Source: an uncultured bacterium
GTDB taxonomy: Bacteria > Krumholzibacteriota > Krumholzibacteriia > JACNKJ01
Assembly: GCA_963695095.1 (NCBI GenBank)
Contig: CAVOFT010000001.1
Span: 3,456,001-3,520,000 of the forward strand
DNA length: 64,000 nucleotides
Direction of reading: 5' to 3'
Of this stretch, positions 54,476-64,000 are shown one piece after another. How positions within the stretch are numbered: position 1 is the stretch's first letter; each line of letters starts with the position of its first letter. The position numbers and the translations under genes are program-made. The notes under the pieces were generated by a model, which saw nothing but the letters and a program-made list of their open reading frames with translations, searched no databases and was not told where the DNA came from.

Positions 54476-55717
54476 GTGTTTCGTGACCGCAACCTGCTGC
54501 TCCTCGCCAGCGGCCAGTTCGCGAGCCGACTCGGCGACGCCAGCTTTCACCTGGCCCTGATCTGGCTGGCCAAGGAGCTGACCGGCTCCAAGCAGGCCAT
54601 GGGCCTGGTGGCCATGCTGGAGTACCTGCCCATCCTGCTCTTCGGCGCCCTGGCCGGCGTGCTCGTCGATCGCTGGGACCGCCGGCGCGTGATGCTGGGT
54701 GCCAGCCTCTTTCGCGCCTTCCTCATGCTGGCCGTGCCCCTCGCCTTCATGGCCGGCTATCGCGGCCTCGCGGCCGGAGCGGCGGCGGCCTTCGGCCTGG
54801 CCCTGGCAACCAGCCTCTTCACCCCGGCCCGCGACGCCCTCGTCCCCCAGCTCGTCGGCGGCGGCGACCGCGTGGGCGCCAACGCGCTGGTGCAGGTCTC
54901 GGACCAGTTCGCCTGGCTGCTGGGCCCGCTGGTTTACCCGCTGCTGGTGCCCTGGCTGGGCTTCACCTGGGCCTTCATGGGCCCGGCGTTCATCTTCCTC
55001 GTGAGCTGGGCGCTGCTGCGCCGCCTGCGCAGCCCGGCCCGCGCGCTGCCGCCGGCGGAAGGCCCCGAGGCGCTGCTGCGCGCCGGGGAGGCCGGCCCGC
55101 CCCCGGGGGCGGTGGCCCTGGCCTGGAGCGAGCTGAAGGCCGGCTACGCGCTGGCCTGGCGGCGTCGCGAGCTGCGCTGGCTGCTCCTGCTCACGGCGGT
55201 GAACAACTTCTTCATCATGGGGCCGGCCATCGTGGCGATGCCGGCCTACATCGGCATCGATCTCGGCCTGTCCGCGATCTACCTGGGCCTCATCGAGTCC
55301 GTGCTGGCCGCGGGCATGATCCTGGGCTCGCTCGCCATCATCCGCTGGAAGCCGCGCACGGGCATGGGCAAGCTCTGGCTCTTCGGCATGGCGGCCGACG
55401 GCCTCACCTACGTGCCGATGCTGCTCGGCCCGCCCTTCCGCTGGCTGGTGCCGCTCATCTTCGTCCACGCGCTGTTCATTCCGTGGATCACGGTCTACCG
55501 GATCAGCATCGTGCAGAGCGTGGTGGCGCCGGCCCTGCAGGGGCGGGCCTTCGCCTTCGTGGGCATGGCGGTGGTGGGCATGACGGCCCTGGCCAGCGGC
55601 GTCACCGGGCTGTTGCTGGGCGTGATCCCCACCCACACCCTCTTCGGCGCCTGGGGTTTCTTCGGCATGTGCTGCGGGCTGCTGGGCTTCGCCGTGCCCA
55701 GCCTCCGGCGCTTGTGA
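54476..55717 (+). CDS. MFS transporter (DHA3-like)
   Basis: GVLVDRWDRRRVM motif A; about 12 TM helices; QGRAF. Confidence 0.9.
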   Translation: MFRDRNLLLLASGQFASRLGDASFHLALIWLAKELTGSKQAMGLVAMLEYLPILLFGALAGVLVDRWDRRRVMLGASLFRAFLMLAVPLAFMAGYRGLAAGAAAAFGLALATSLFTPARDALVPQLVGGGDRVGANALVQVSDQFAWLLGPLVYPLLVPWLGFTWAFMGPAFIFLVSWALLRRLRSPARALPPAEGPEALLRAGEAGPPPGAVALAWSELKAGYALAWRRRELRWLLLLTAVNNFFIMGPAIVAMPAYIGIDLGLSAIYLGLIESVLAAGMILGSLAIIRWKPRTGMGKLWLFGMAADGLTYVPMLLGPPFRWLVPLIFVHALFIPWITVYRISIVQSVVAPALQGRAFAFVGMAVVGMTALASGVTGLLLGVIPTHTLFGAWGFFGMCCGLLGFAVPSLRRL

Positions 55718-55794
55718 GCGCACTGCGGATTCCGGTATCCTTGGGCGCTGCGCACAGGTGCTGAACCTGTGCCGTCCGGGAGGAGTCGAGGCCG

Positions 55795-58242
55795 GTGCAC
55801 CGAGCGATGCGTGCCGCGTTCCGCCTGCGCTCTCTGGTCTGGCTCCTGTCGGGGTCGGCCCTCTTGCCCTTCGCCGGCCGCACGTCCGCGAGCCCCTTTC
55901 TCGTCGAGCGGCAGCTCTCCGACCGCCTCCGCCCCCTGCCCTACCGCGCCGAACTCGACGCGGAGAATTTCCTGCCCCTCGGCTCTGCCACCGGCGGCGC
56001 CTGGAATCGCGCCTACCTGCTGATGGACGTCGACGGGGATGGCAGCGAGGATCTGGTGTTCTCGGGACCGCGTAACGTCGTGGCGACATCCCGCGCGACT
56101 GGCCCCGAGGTGATCCTGCTTGACCATTACCCGCCTCCCCAGTTCGACAGTGGCGATATTGGCTTCGAGCTGCTCGCCGCCGACTGCGACGGGGACGGCC
56201 AGGACGAGATCGTCATCGGCGGCCGCACTCGCGACTGCTCGCGCTATGGCTTCTGGATCTACGATCCGCGGACGCGCAGGGTGGAGTCGGAGTTCTACCT
56301 CGACGCGGTCAGCGACCGCCGCCCCGATGGCGCCTGGGACGGCGTCTACGCCCCCATCGGCATCTTCAGTGTGCCCACGGCGAGCGGCGAGCGGCGCGCC
56401 CTGCTCATCGCCTGCACGGTGGGCTTCGACATCGACGGCCGCGGCCTGCTCGCCGTGGATCCGAGCAGCGGCGAGGTGCTCTGCCGCTTCAGCTCGGGCG
56501 CCGGCATCGACTACCGGCTCGTTCACCTGCTGGACCTCGACGGCGACGGCCGCCTGGACATCCTGGCCGGCGCGCGCTGCCCGGACAACCTGGGCGGGCA
56601 CGCGATCAACGGCTTCGACGATCACAGCCTCCGCCTCATGGCCTTCGATGCCACCGGCAGCCTGCTCTGGACGCGCGAGCTCTACAGCTACATCGCCTAC
56701 CTGCAGCTCGAAGTCGGCGACCTCGACGGCGACGGCAGGCCGGAGATCGTCACCAGCGCCGCGCGGGACAGCTCGCTGGAGAGCCGGCTCACGGTGTGGT
56801 CCAGCACAGGCGAGCCGCTGGCCGACTACCGGGAAACCGGGGCCTCCTACCGCGATATCGCGATCGCGGAGAATCCCCGTGGCCTGATCGCCGTCGGCGG
56901 CGCGGGCACGGAGCTGCGGACCTTCCGCTACCGGCAGGGCAAGCTGGACCCGCAGGTCCTCGCGCGGGGTCCGGGATCGCTGAAGGTCTGCCGCTTCCTC
57001 GACGTCTTTCCCGAACGCCCGGCGCAGGAGCTGGTCGTCGTCAGCGTAGAGGGTCCGCTCTTCGTGCTCGATGCGAGTCTGCGCGCGCTGGCGACGGCCC
57101 CCGACAACCCGGGACCCGCCGGCCGCTACGTCGACATCTGGCAGCCGCGCCCGGACCTGCGACTGCTGCTGCGGCAGAATCATCTCGGCCACTCGGGCAG
57201 CTCCCTTCGCTTCTCCGCTACTCCATGGCCGCTGCAGCGCTGGCCCGAGCTTGCCGCCGCGGGCGCGCTGGCGCTCCTCGCCCTGCCGGCCTACCGCCGC
57301 CTGCGCCGACCGGCGCCGCCCAGCGAGGAGCTGCTGCGCATCCGCCGGCGGGAACTGCTGGGGCGGCTGGAGGTCGCGGACCACGGCTCGCTGGCGGCCT
57401 TCCGCCCCTTCCGGCGCCTGCACTGGTACCTGCAGGGACTGGGCACCGATGACCCCGGCAAGCGCGAGACGCTGCGGGAGCAGGCCCGGCTGCGTTGCCG
57501 GGAGTACGGGGAGGGCGCCGAACTCCTGCTGCAGGATTGCCTCGCGCAGGCCGCTGCGGCAGGGCTGGACGCGCGCGCCGTCGAACGCGCCGGCGAGGAT
57601 CTGGAGCGGCTCCGCGAATTGATCGATGCGCTCCTGCGCGCCGATCTCGACCCGGCGCTCTCCGCCCGCCTGATCCCCGAACTGCGCGCCGCCCAGGACA
57701 GCGCGGAGGCGAGCTTCCTGCGCCTGCGCCGCCACCTGGAGGCCGATCTCCGCGCCGATTTCGGCACCGTGCTGCAGCGGGTCCTCGCCGAGTATCGGGG
57801 AGAGATCGACAGTCGCGCGGTGGAGATCCAGGTCGCGGGGCCGGCGGGCCTGCCGGCCTGCCGGATGGATCCGGACGATCTCGCCTTCGTCCTCGACAAC
57901 CTGGTGGCCAACGCGCTGCGCGCCCTGACCAGCAGCGGGGAACGCCGCCTCCGCATCGAGACCAGCGTGGAGCATGGCCTGCTCCACTGCCTGTTCAGCG
58001 ATACGGGCGCCGGCATTCCGCCCGAGGACTGGGATGCGGCCCTCGACACGAGCTTCACCACCAAGGAGGGCGGCAAGGGCGGTCTCGGCCTGCCGAAGAG
58101 CCGCGAGTTGCTGGCCCGCAGCCGCGGCGCCCTGAGGATTCGCGAAAGCCGGGCGGGGGTCGGCACCACCCTGGAGCTGCAGCTTCCGCTCGCGCTGGCC
58201 GGCGCCGACGAGCAGACCACGGCCGAGGCTCCTCTCGGCTAG
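55795..58242 (+). CDS. membrane sensor with FG-GAP/VCBS-type repeats and a HATPase_c domain
   Basis: Four DxDGDGxxD/E repeats; one TM; DNLVANALRA, DTGAGI, FTTK, GLGL boxes. Confidence 0.8.
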   Translation: MHRAMRAAFRLRSLVWLLSGSALLPFAGRTSASPFLVERQLSDRLRPLPYRAELDAENFLPLGSATGGAWNRAYLLMDVDGDGSEDLVFSGPRNVVATSRATGPEVILLDHYPPPQFDSGDIGFELLAADCDGDGQDEIVIGGRTRDCSRYGFWIYDPRTRRVESEFYLDAVSDRRPDGAWDGVYAPIGIFSVPTASGERRALLIACTVGFDIDGRGLLAVDPSSGEVLCRFSSGAGIDYRLVHLLDLDGDGRLDILAGARCPDNLGGHAINGFDDHSLRLMAFDATGSLLWTRELYSYIAYLQLEVGDLDGDGRPEIVTSAARDSSLESRLTVWSSTGEPLADYRETGASYRDIAIAENPRGLIAVGGAGTELRTFRYRQGKLDPQVLARGPGSLKVCRFLDVFPERPAQELVVVSVEGPLFVLDASLRALATAPDNPGPAGRYVDIWQPRPDLRLLLRQNHLGHSGSSLRFSATPWPLQRWPELAAAGALALLALPAYRRLRRPAPPSEELLRIRRRELLGRLEVADHGSLAAFRPFRRLHWYLQGLGTDDPGKRETLREQARLRCREYGEGAELLLQDCLAQAAAAGLDARAVERAGEDLERLRELIDALLRADLDPALSARLIPELRAAQDSAEASFLRLRRHLEADLRADFGTVLQRVLAEYRGEIDSRAVEIQVAGPAGLPACRMDPDDLAFVLDNLVANALRALTSSGERRLRIETSVEHGLLHCLFSDTGAGIPPEDWDAALDTSFTTKEGGKGGLGLPKSRELLARSRGALRIRESRAGVGTTLELQLPLALAGADEQTTAEAPLG

Positions 58243-58259
58243 AATCCCGGCCACGGGTC

Positions 58260-58350
58260 GTGGTGGCGCCGGCCCTGCAAGGGCGAGCCTTCGCCTTCGT
58301 GGGCAAGGCGGTGGAGGGCATGGCGCTCCCGGCCGGCGGCGTCAGCGGGC
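58260..58350 (+). repeat. diverged copy of MFS gene segment 55520-55610
   Basis: Ungapped alignment by eye: 81 of 91 nt identical. Confidence 0.9.
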
Positions 58351-58437
58351 CGCCACGAGTCGGAAACCCCTTCCCACTGCCGGGAAGGCGTGTAGAGTCC
58401 CCTTCGAGACTTGCCTTCTCGTGCCGGGTGGTGGTCG

Positions 58438-60903
58438 ATGGCGATGCCTGCAAGTCCGGAATCCCAGCGCGCCGCCCGCCGGCGCCGGGCCCTGCTTCTC
58501 TTCCTCAGCGCTCTTCTCCTGGTCCAGCTTGGGATCGGCATCGCAGCCATCGTCAGCCTCAGCCATCTGCCTTGGGCAGGCGACAGCCGGGTGAGCAGTC
58601 GCAGCTTCCTGCGCGACCTGCCGGCACTGCGGCAGGCGGGCGGCTTTCCAGGCGACGCCACGCCTGCCGGCGCCGCCGCCGAGGGAGCCGAGAGGGCAGC
58701 TTCCCCGGCGCGCATCTGGCTGCTCTACGGGCCCCTGCTCGCGCCGTCCCTGCTCCTGCTTCTCGTGGGCGCCCTGGTGGGGCTGCTCAAGCCCCTCGAT
58801 GCGCGGGCCTGGGCCGTGGCACTTGCCTTCCTCTCGCTTGCCCAGGGCGTCTCGCTCTTTCTCGAGCAGACGCCCCTGCTGGGTATTCTTCCCCTCCCCC
58901 TGCTCGCCGTTCTGCTGGCGCTCGCCCGGCTCGCCCTCTATCCCTTGGCCCATTTCAGTCTGGTCATGCTGTCGAGCTTCCCCAGCGAGTCCTGGCTTGG
59001 CCGCGCTCTGCGGCCCTGGCGCTGGCTAGTGACCCTGCCCTTCGCCCTGCTTGCCCTGGACGGACTGCTCGACAGCCTCGTGATCGGCGGCGCCGGCACC
59101 CGTCCGCTTGGGACCTTCGGCGCACTGCTGGAGCGCTTTGCGCACTGGGAGCTGCTGATCGCGCTGCTGGTCGCGCTCTGCCTCGCCCTTCTCGCCGCCC
59201 AACGCCGGAGCGCATCGGCGAGTGAAGAACGGCGGCGCGGGATCATCGAGGCGGGCATCCTGGCAGCCTGCGCCGGGGCTCTCTGGGCCGTTCTGGGCTG
59301 GAAGACGGGATGGCACCAGGGGCTGGCGGCCGCGCCGGGGGGGCCGGCGCCGCTCTGGGTGCTGAGCTGGTTGGCGCCTGTCTTCCTGTTCTCCTTTCTC
59401 CCCGCTTCCTTCACCTATGCCGTGCTCGCGCGCCGTGTCTTCGGCATTCGGCTCATCATCCGGCGCGGTCTCCAGCATCTGCTGCTCTCCCGCAGTGTCC
59501 TCGTGGTGGAGGGGATACTGATCTTCCTCATCCTCGAGAGCCTCCTCCGTCTGGAAGCGGGGCGCGCCGAGGGCGCGAGCGGCGCGGCGATCATCACCCT
59601 GGCCGCGATCGTTGGCATCGGCCGCATCAACCGCCCGCTCTTCAGGCGGCTCGACCGCCGCTTCTTCCGGGAACGCTACGACGCGCGGCGTCTCCTGCTC
59701 GGTCTTGGGCAGCGCTTCGGGATTCTGTCCCAGAAGAGCCTGATCCTCGCGGAGGCCGTGCAGGTGATCGGACAGGCCTTGCAGCTGGAGGGCGCTGCCT
59801 GCCTGAGTCGCGACCTTCGCGCCGGGCAGCCCCGCTGGCATGTCCTCGTCCGCTTCCCGGCGGAAACCGACGGTGTGAGCGCCCTCGACGGCGATGAGCC
59901 GCCCGTGTCGGCGCTGGAGGCCCTCAGCTGCGAGCGGCCGCTCCTCGATCTGCCGGCTACGGGTGCGCGTGAAGGCGCTGCTGCAGGGCACCCGCGCGCC
60001 GAGCTGCTCGTCGCGATCCCCGGCGCAGAGGGTGTCGTCGGTTGCCTGGCCCTGGCCGCCAAGCGCTCCGGCGAGCCCTTCGGTCGCGAGGACCGGACTC
60101 TCCTGACCACCGTGGCGGGTCAGCTGGGCCTCACGCTGGAGAACCTGGCGCTGCTCGAAACAGCCCGCCGCGAGGCGCGGCAGGTCCGCGAGCTCGAGAT
60201 TGCCCAGCAGGTGCAGCGACAGCTGTTTCCCGCCCGGCTGCCGGAGCTTTCCGGCTGGCGGCTGGCCGCCCTCTGCAAACCCGCGCAGGAAGTGGGAGGC
60301 GACTACTACGATGTCTTCCTCACGGAAGGTCGCCAGCTGGCGCTCGCGCTTGGCGATGTCTCGGGAAAGGGCCTTGGCCCTGCACTCGTGATGTCGAACA
60401 TCCAGGCGCTGATTCGTGACCGGATGCGGCGCGCCGACATCGAACTGCCCGCCCTCGCTCAGACCCTGAATCAGCACCTGCGCGAGTTCACGGGTCCCAG
60501 CACCTTCATCACGCTCTTCGTGGGACTCCTGGATCCGGATACGGGGCGCTTGCGCTACGTGAACTGTGGTCACAACCCGCCGCTGCTGCTGGCTCCCGGT
60601 GCTGCTGAGCCTTTGCGGCTCGAGGCCGGTGGCACTGTCCTCGGGCTCCTGCCTGCGCTCGCCTTCGCCGCCGCCGAGGCCAGGCTAGCGCCGGGCTCGA
60701 CGCTCCTGCTCTACAGCGACGGAGTGACGGAGGCTGCAGGCCCCGGAGAATCGCAATTCGGGGAAACGCGGCTCATGCAGGGTCTGGGGTCGGGGCTGCA
60801 GCCCGAGGCCATGCTCGCCGAGCTGATGACCGCCATTCAGGATTTCGCCGGTGGCCAACCGCAGTCGGACGACATCTCGGTCGTCTGCCTCAAGCGGCTC
60901 TAG
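58438..60903 (+). CDS. membrane PP2C/SpoIIE (RsbU-like) phosphatase with GAF-like domain
   Basis: Multiple TM helices; VGGDYYD, GDVSGKG, NCGHNPP, YSDGVTEA, QSDDIS. Confidence 0.9.
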   Translation: MAMPASPESQRAARRRRALLLFLSALLLVQLGIGIAAIVSLSHLPWAGDSRVSSRSFLRDLPALRQAGGFPGDATPAGAAAEGAERAASPARIWLLYGPLLAPSLLLLLVGALVGLLKPLDARAWAVALAFLSLAQGVSLFLEQTPLLGILPLPLLAVLLALARLALYPLAHFSLVMLSSFPSESWLGRALRPWRWLVTLPFALLALDGLLDSLVIGGAGTRPLGTFGALLERFAHWELLIALLVALCLALLAAQRRSASASEERRRGIIEAGILAACAGALWAVLGWKTGWHQGLAAAPGGPAPLWVLSWLAPVFLFSFLPASFTYAVLARRVFGIRLIIRRGLQHLLLSRSVLVVEGILIFLILESLLRLEAGRAEGASGAAIITLAAIVGIGRINRPLFRRLDRRFFRERYDARRLLLGLGQRFGILSQKSLILAEAVQVIGQALQLEGAACLSRDLRAGQPRWHVLVRFPAETDGVSALDGDEPPVSALEALSCERPLLDLPATGAREGAAAGHPRAELLVAIPGAEGVVGCLALAAKRSGEPFGREDRTLLTTVAGQLGLTLENLALLETARREARQVRELEIAQQVQRQLFPARLPELSGWRLAALCKPAQEVGGDYYDVFLTEGRQLALALGDVSGKGLGPALVMSNIQALIRDRMRRADIELPALAQTLNQHLREFTGPSTFITLFVGLLDPDTGRLRYVNCGHNPPLLLAPGAAEPLRLEAGGTVLGLLPALAFAAAEARLAPGSTLLLYSDGVTEAAGPGESQFGETRLMQGLGSGLQPEAMLAELMTAIQDFAGGQPQSDDISVVCLKRL

Positions 60904-61001
60904 CGCCCCAAGCGCAGGCTGCAGGGCAGGCCCTCGGCGAAATCCGCCGCGCCGGCCGGCCCCGACTTGTGCGGTCCGGGCCGCCGTGCTACTGCTTGCC
61001 C

Positions 61002-62468
61002 ATGCCCAGCTTCAAGAACCTGCGCGAATTCTTGACCTTCCTCGAGGCCCGCGGCGAGCTGGTTCGCGTGCGCGAGCCCGTCAGCCGCGACCTCGAGATC
61101 ACCGAGATCGCCCTGCGCACCGTGCGCGCGGGCGGCCCGGCCCTGCTCTTCGAGCAGGTGAAGGGCTTCTCGACGCCGCTGGTCATCAACCTGTTCGGCA
61201 GCGAGCAGCGCATGGCCTGGGCCCTGGGCGGCGAGAGCCTGGCCGAGGTAGCCGGCCGCATCGAGGCCATGGTGAAGCTCACCCCGCCGGGCAGCATCCG
61301 TGAAAAACTGGCCGTGTTGCCGAAGCTCGCCGGCCTTGCGCGCATCCTGCCGAAGTCCGTGGGCAAGGCGCCCTGCCAGGAGCTGGTCTTCACCGGCAGC
61401 GAAGTGGATCTCGAGCGCATTCCCGCCCAGCTCTGCTGGCCCGGCGACGGCGGCCACTACTTCACGCAGACGCAGGTGTTCACGCGCGATCCGGCCACCG
61501 GCGCGCGCAACGTCGGCATGTACCGCGTGCAGATCTTCGACCGCAACAGCTGCGGCATGCACTGGCAGATGCACAAGGTGGGCGCCCAGCACCACCGCGA
61601 GGCCGAGGCCCGCGGCGAGCGGGTCGAGGTGGCCATCGCCTTCGGCGGCCAGCCGGCGATGATCTACGCCGCCAGCGCGCCGCTGCCCGAGGGCATCGAC
61701 GAGTGCCTGCTGGCCGGCTTCCTGGCGGAGCGCCCCGTCGAGCTGGTGAAGGGCAAGACGGTGAGCCTCGAGGTGCCCGCCGAGGCCGAGTTCGTCATCG
61801 AGGGCTATGTCGAGCCCGGCGAGCGGCGGCTCGAGGGCCCCTTCGGCGACCACACCGGCTACTACAGCCTCGCCGAGCAGTACCCGGTGCTGCACGTCAC
61901 GGCGATCACGCAGCGGCGGGACGCCATCTACCCCAGCATCGTGGTCGGCCCGCCGCCCCAGGAAGACGGCCCCATGGGCAAGGCCACCGAGCGGCTCTTC
62001 CTGCCGCTGATCAAGACGCAGTTTCCCGAGATCGTCGACATGCACCTGCCGGTGGAGGGCGTCTTCCACAACATCGCGCTGATCAGCATCAAGAAGCGCT
62101 ACCCCGGCCACGCCCGGAAGATGATGCAGGCGATCTGGGGCACGGGCCAGCTGATGTTCACCAAGGTGGTCATCGTGGTCGACGAGGACGTCGACGTGCA
62201 GAACCTGCCCGAGGTCGTCTGGCGCGTCACGGCCAACATCGACCCCAAGCGCGACGCGGTCTTCGCCGACGGCATCACCGACGTGCTCGACCACGCGTCT
62301 GACCGCATCGGCCTCGCGGGCAAGCTGGGCATCGACGCCACGCGCAAGTGGCCCGAGGAGGGCTTCCCGCGCGAGTGGCCCGAGGTGCTGACGATGGACC
62401 CCGCCGTGCGCGCCCGCATCGACGCCCTCTGGCCCGCCCTCGGCATCCGCCTGCCCGAGCGGCCTTGA
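61002..62468 (+). CDS. UbiD-family decarboxylase, menaquinone (futalosine-route) type
   Basis: NVGMYR, MHWQMHK, EGPFGDHTGYY, VGPPPQED, GIDATRK; adjacent to a methyltransferase. Confidence 0.9.
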   Translation: MPSFKNLREFLTFLEARGELVRVREPVSRDLEITEIALRTVRAGGPALLFEQVKGFSTPLVINLFGSEQRMAWALGGESLAEVAGRIEAMVKLTPPGSIREKLAVLPKLAGLARILPKSVGKAPCQELVFTGSEVDLERIPAQLCWPGDGGHYFTQTQVFTRDPATGARNVGMYRVQIFDRNSCGMHWQMHKVGAQHHREAEARGERVEVAIAFGGQPAMIYAASAPLPEGIDECLLAGFLAERPVELVKGKTVSLEVPAEAEFVIEGYVEPGERRLEGPFGDHTGYYSLAEQYPVLHVTAITQRRDAIYPSIVVGPPPQEDGPMGKATERLFLPLIKTQFPEIVDMHLPVEGVFHNIALISIKKRYPGHARKMMQAIWGTGQLMFTKVVIVVDEDVDVQNLPEVVWRVTANIDPKRDAVFADGITDVLDHASDRIGLAGKLGIDATRKWPEEGFPREWPEVLTMDPAVRARIDALWPALGIRLPERP

Positions 62469-63232
62469 GCAAGAACCCGCGCTCGAGCACGCGAGCGCCG
62501 CTGGACGCGGCTCCCGCCATCCCCACCGGCGAGGCGCCGGGCAAGCGCGCGGCCGTCCAGCGCATGTTCACGGCGATCAGCCCCCGCTACGATCTGCTCA
62601 ACCGCCTGCTCAGCGCGGGCCAGGATCAGCGCTGGCGGCGACGGGCCGTGCGCTGCTTCGGTCCCGAAGTGCGCCGCGCGCTCGACGTGGCCGCCGGCAC
62701 CGGCGACCTCGGCGCCGCCTGGCTCGCCGCGCGACCGGGCGCCGAGCTCATCGCCACGGACTTCGTGCCGGCGATGTGCGTCGCCGGCGGCGTGAAGCTG
62801 GCCGGACGACCGGGCTTCCGCGGCTACCTCGTCGCCGACGCGCTGGCCCTGCCGCTGGCCGATGCCTGCGTGGACGGCGTGATGGTCGCCTTCGGGGTTC
62901 GCAATTTTGAGAAGCTGGAAGCCGGCCTCGCCGAGATGGCGCGCGTCCTGCGGCCGGGGGGCGAACTCCTCGTGCTCGAGTTCTTCCCCCCGCGCAATCC
63001 CGCCAGCGCGCGGCTCTTCCGATTCTATTTCAAGAGCGTGTTGCCGCGCCTGGGCGGCTGGATCAGCGGGGATGCCCAGGCCTATCGCTACCTGCCGCGC
63101 AGCGTCGGCGACTTCGTCGACCGCGAGCGCTTCGCCTCGCTCCTGGCGGAGGCGGGGCTCTCCCCGCCCCGCGTGCAGGAATTCAACGGCGGCATCGCAA
63201 CCGCCTTCCTGGCTCGCAAGCCCACCGCCTGA
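62465..63232 (+). CDS. menG: UbiE/MenG ubiquinone/menaquinone methyltransferase
   Basis: MF..I..RYDLLN, LDVAAGTGD, AFGVRN, RVLRPGG, AYRYLP; TTG start overlaps the upstream stop. Confidence 0.88.
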   Translation: MSKNPRSSTRAPLDAAPAIPTGEAPGKRAAVQRMFTAISPRYDLLNRLLSAGQDQRWRRRAVRCFGPEVRRALDVAAGTGDLGAAWLAARPGAELIATDFVPAMCVAGGVKLAGRPGFRGYLVADALALPLADACVDGVMVAFGVRNFEKLEAGLAEMARVLRPGGELLVLEFFPPRNPASARLFRFYFKSVLPRLGGWISGDAQAYRYLPRSVGDFVDRERFASLLAEAGLSPPRVQEFNGGIATAFLARKPTA

Positions 63233-63426
63233 TTGCCCGATTTCGGTGCCGGTGGTCCGCTGGATCTGATACACTGTTTGCGTCTGGAAGCGGCGCGAAC
63301 GACAGCCTGGCGCATTCGCGTTAGTCGCGCCCCGCCTGGCCCTGCGGGCGTCCAGTCGTTCTCTCAGTCTGGAGCCGACGCCCTCGGTGACGACCGAGGG
63401 TTTGCCATACATCCTTCGGAGGACAA

Positions 63427-64000
63427 ATGATGAAGAAGCTACTGCTGCTTGCCCTGATCCTGAGCCTGGCCGTGGGCGGCGCGCTCGCCAAGGAGCAGGA
63501 ACCGGAGAAGCCGCTCGTGCCCTTCCAGGGCGACATCCGCGCGACCGAGTCCGAGCCCAACAACAGCTGCGCCACGGCCTCGCTGGTCGTGCTCGGCGAA
63601 GCGATGCTGGCTTCGATCAATCCGATCGGGGACATCGACTACTTCCAGCTCAACGTCACGACGGCGGGCAGCTTCACGATCTCGACCGAGCCCGGCGTCG
63701 GCCAGACCGGCGGCGACACGCAGATGTACCTTTACGCCGCCGACTGCACGACCCAGCTCGCCTATGACGACGACGGCGGCACCGGCCTCTACTCGCTGTT
63801 CACCGTGACGCTTGGAATCGGTACCTACTACGCTCGCGTCAACGAGTACGGCAACAACGGCGTCATCACCGCCTACGTGCTGAACGTAGCCGCTCCGCAG
63901 CCGCCGCCGGCGAACGACACCTGCGCCGGCGCCATCAACCTGGACGGCATGCCCCAGAGCTTCACGGTGGACCTCTGCCCCGCGGCGAACAACTACAGCC
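63427..64000 (+). CDS. secreted protein with PPC (pre-peptidase C-terminal) domain, runs off the window edge
   Basis: Own translation: MMKKLLLLALILSLAVGGALA..ESEPNNSCATA..GDIDYF..DTQMYLY..YDDDGG..GTYY..PPANDTC; GGAGG RBS. Confidence 0.8.
   Translation, partial: MMKKLLLLALILSLAVGGALAKEQEPEKPLVPFQGDIRATESEPNNSCATASLVVLGEAMLASINPIGDIDYFQLNVTTAGSFTISTEPGVGQTGGDTQMYLYAADCTTQLAYDDDGGTGLYSLFTVTLGIGTYYARVNEYGNNGVITAYVLNVAAPQPPPANDTCAGAINLDGMPQSFTVDLCPAANNYS

Overview
GC-rich bacterial chromosomal window. The FlgD-Ig/PNPFNP C-terminal domains and (T/S)W-x-x-(I/L)K-x-LY tails suggest an FCB-group candidate-phylum genome (Krumholzibacteriota/Latescibacterota/Eisenbacteria-like); this taxonomy is inference. 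In order, it holds: a PEP-utilising-domain gene with a catalytically degenerate glutamate dehydrogenase homologue; tilS-hpt-ftsH-folP-cdaA; secreted/envelope genes including a PimA/PatA-like pair; two divergent sigma54-driven small genes; cysE preceded by an unannotated Cys-Cys-Cys leader peptide and intrinsic terminator; tandem mdh paralogues; a multiheme cytochrome cluster with 38 heme-binding motifs (ImcH-like, two CbcL-like, one tetraheme); a ~13.4 kb decayed island (IS91/ISCR, IS3, ISL3 remnants, MNT-HEPN pair, two-component genes); an Ala-Cys-Gly ammonia-lyase; three secreted proteins sharing a short C-terminal motif next to a GT-C-like membrane protein; an atypical beta-propeller sensor kinase; an RsbU-like phosphatase; and menaquinone genes. 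Best candidates for undescribed systems: the cysteine-sensing ribosome-mediated attenuator, the short C-terminal sorting motif, and the pseudo-GDH module. No rRNA, tRNA or CRISPR array was seen. All calls come from reading motifs by eye; no database search was run.
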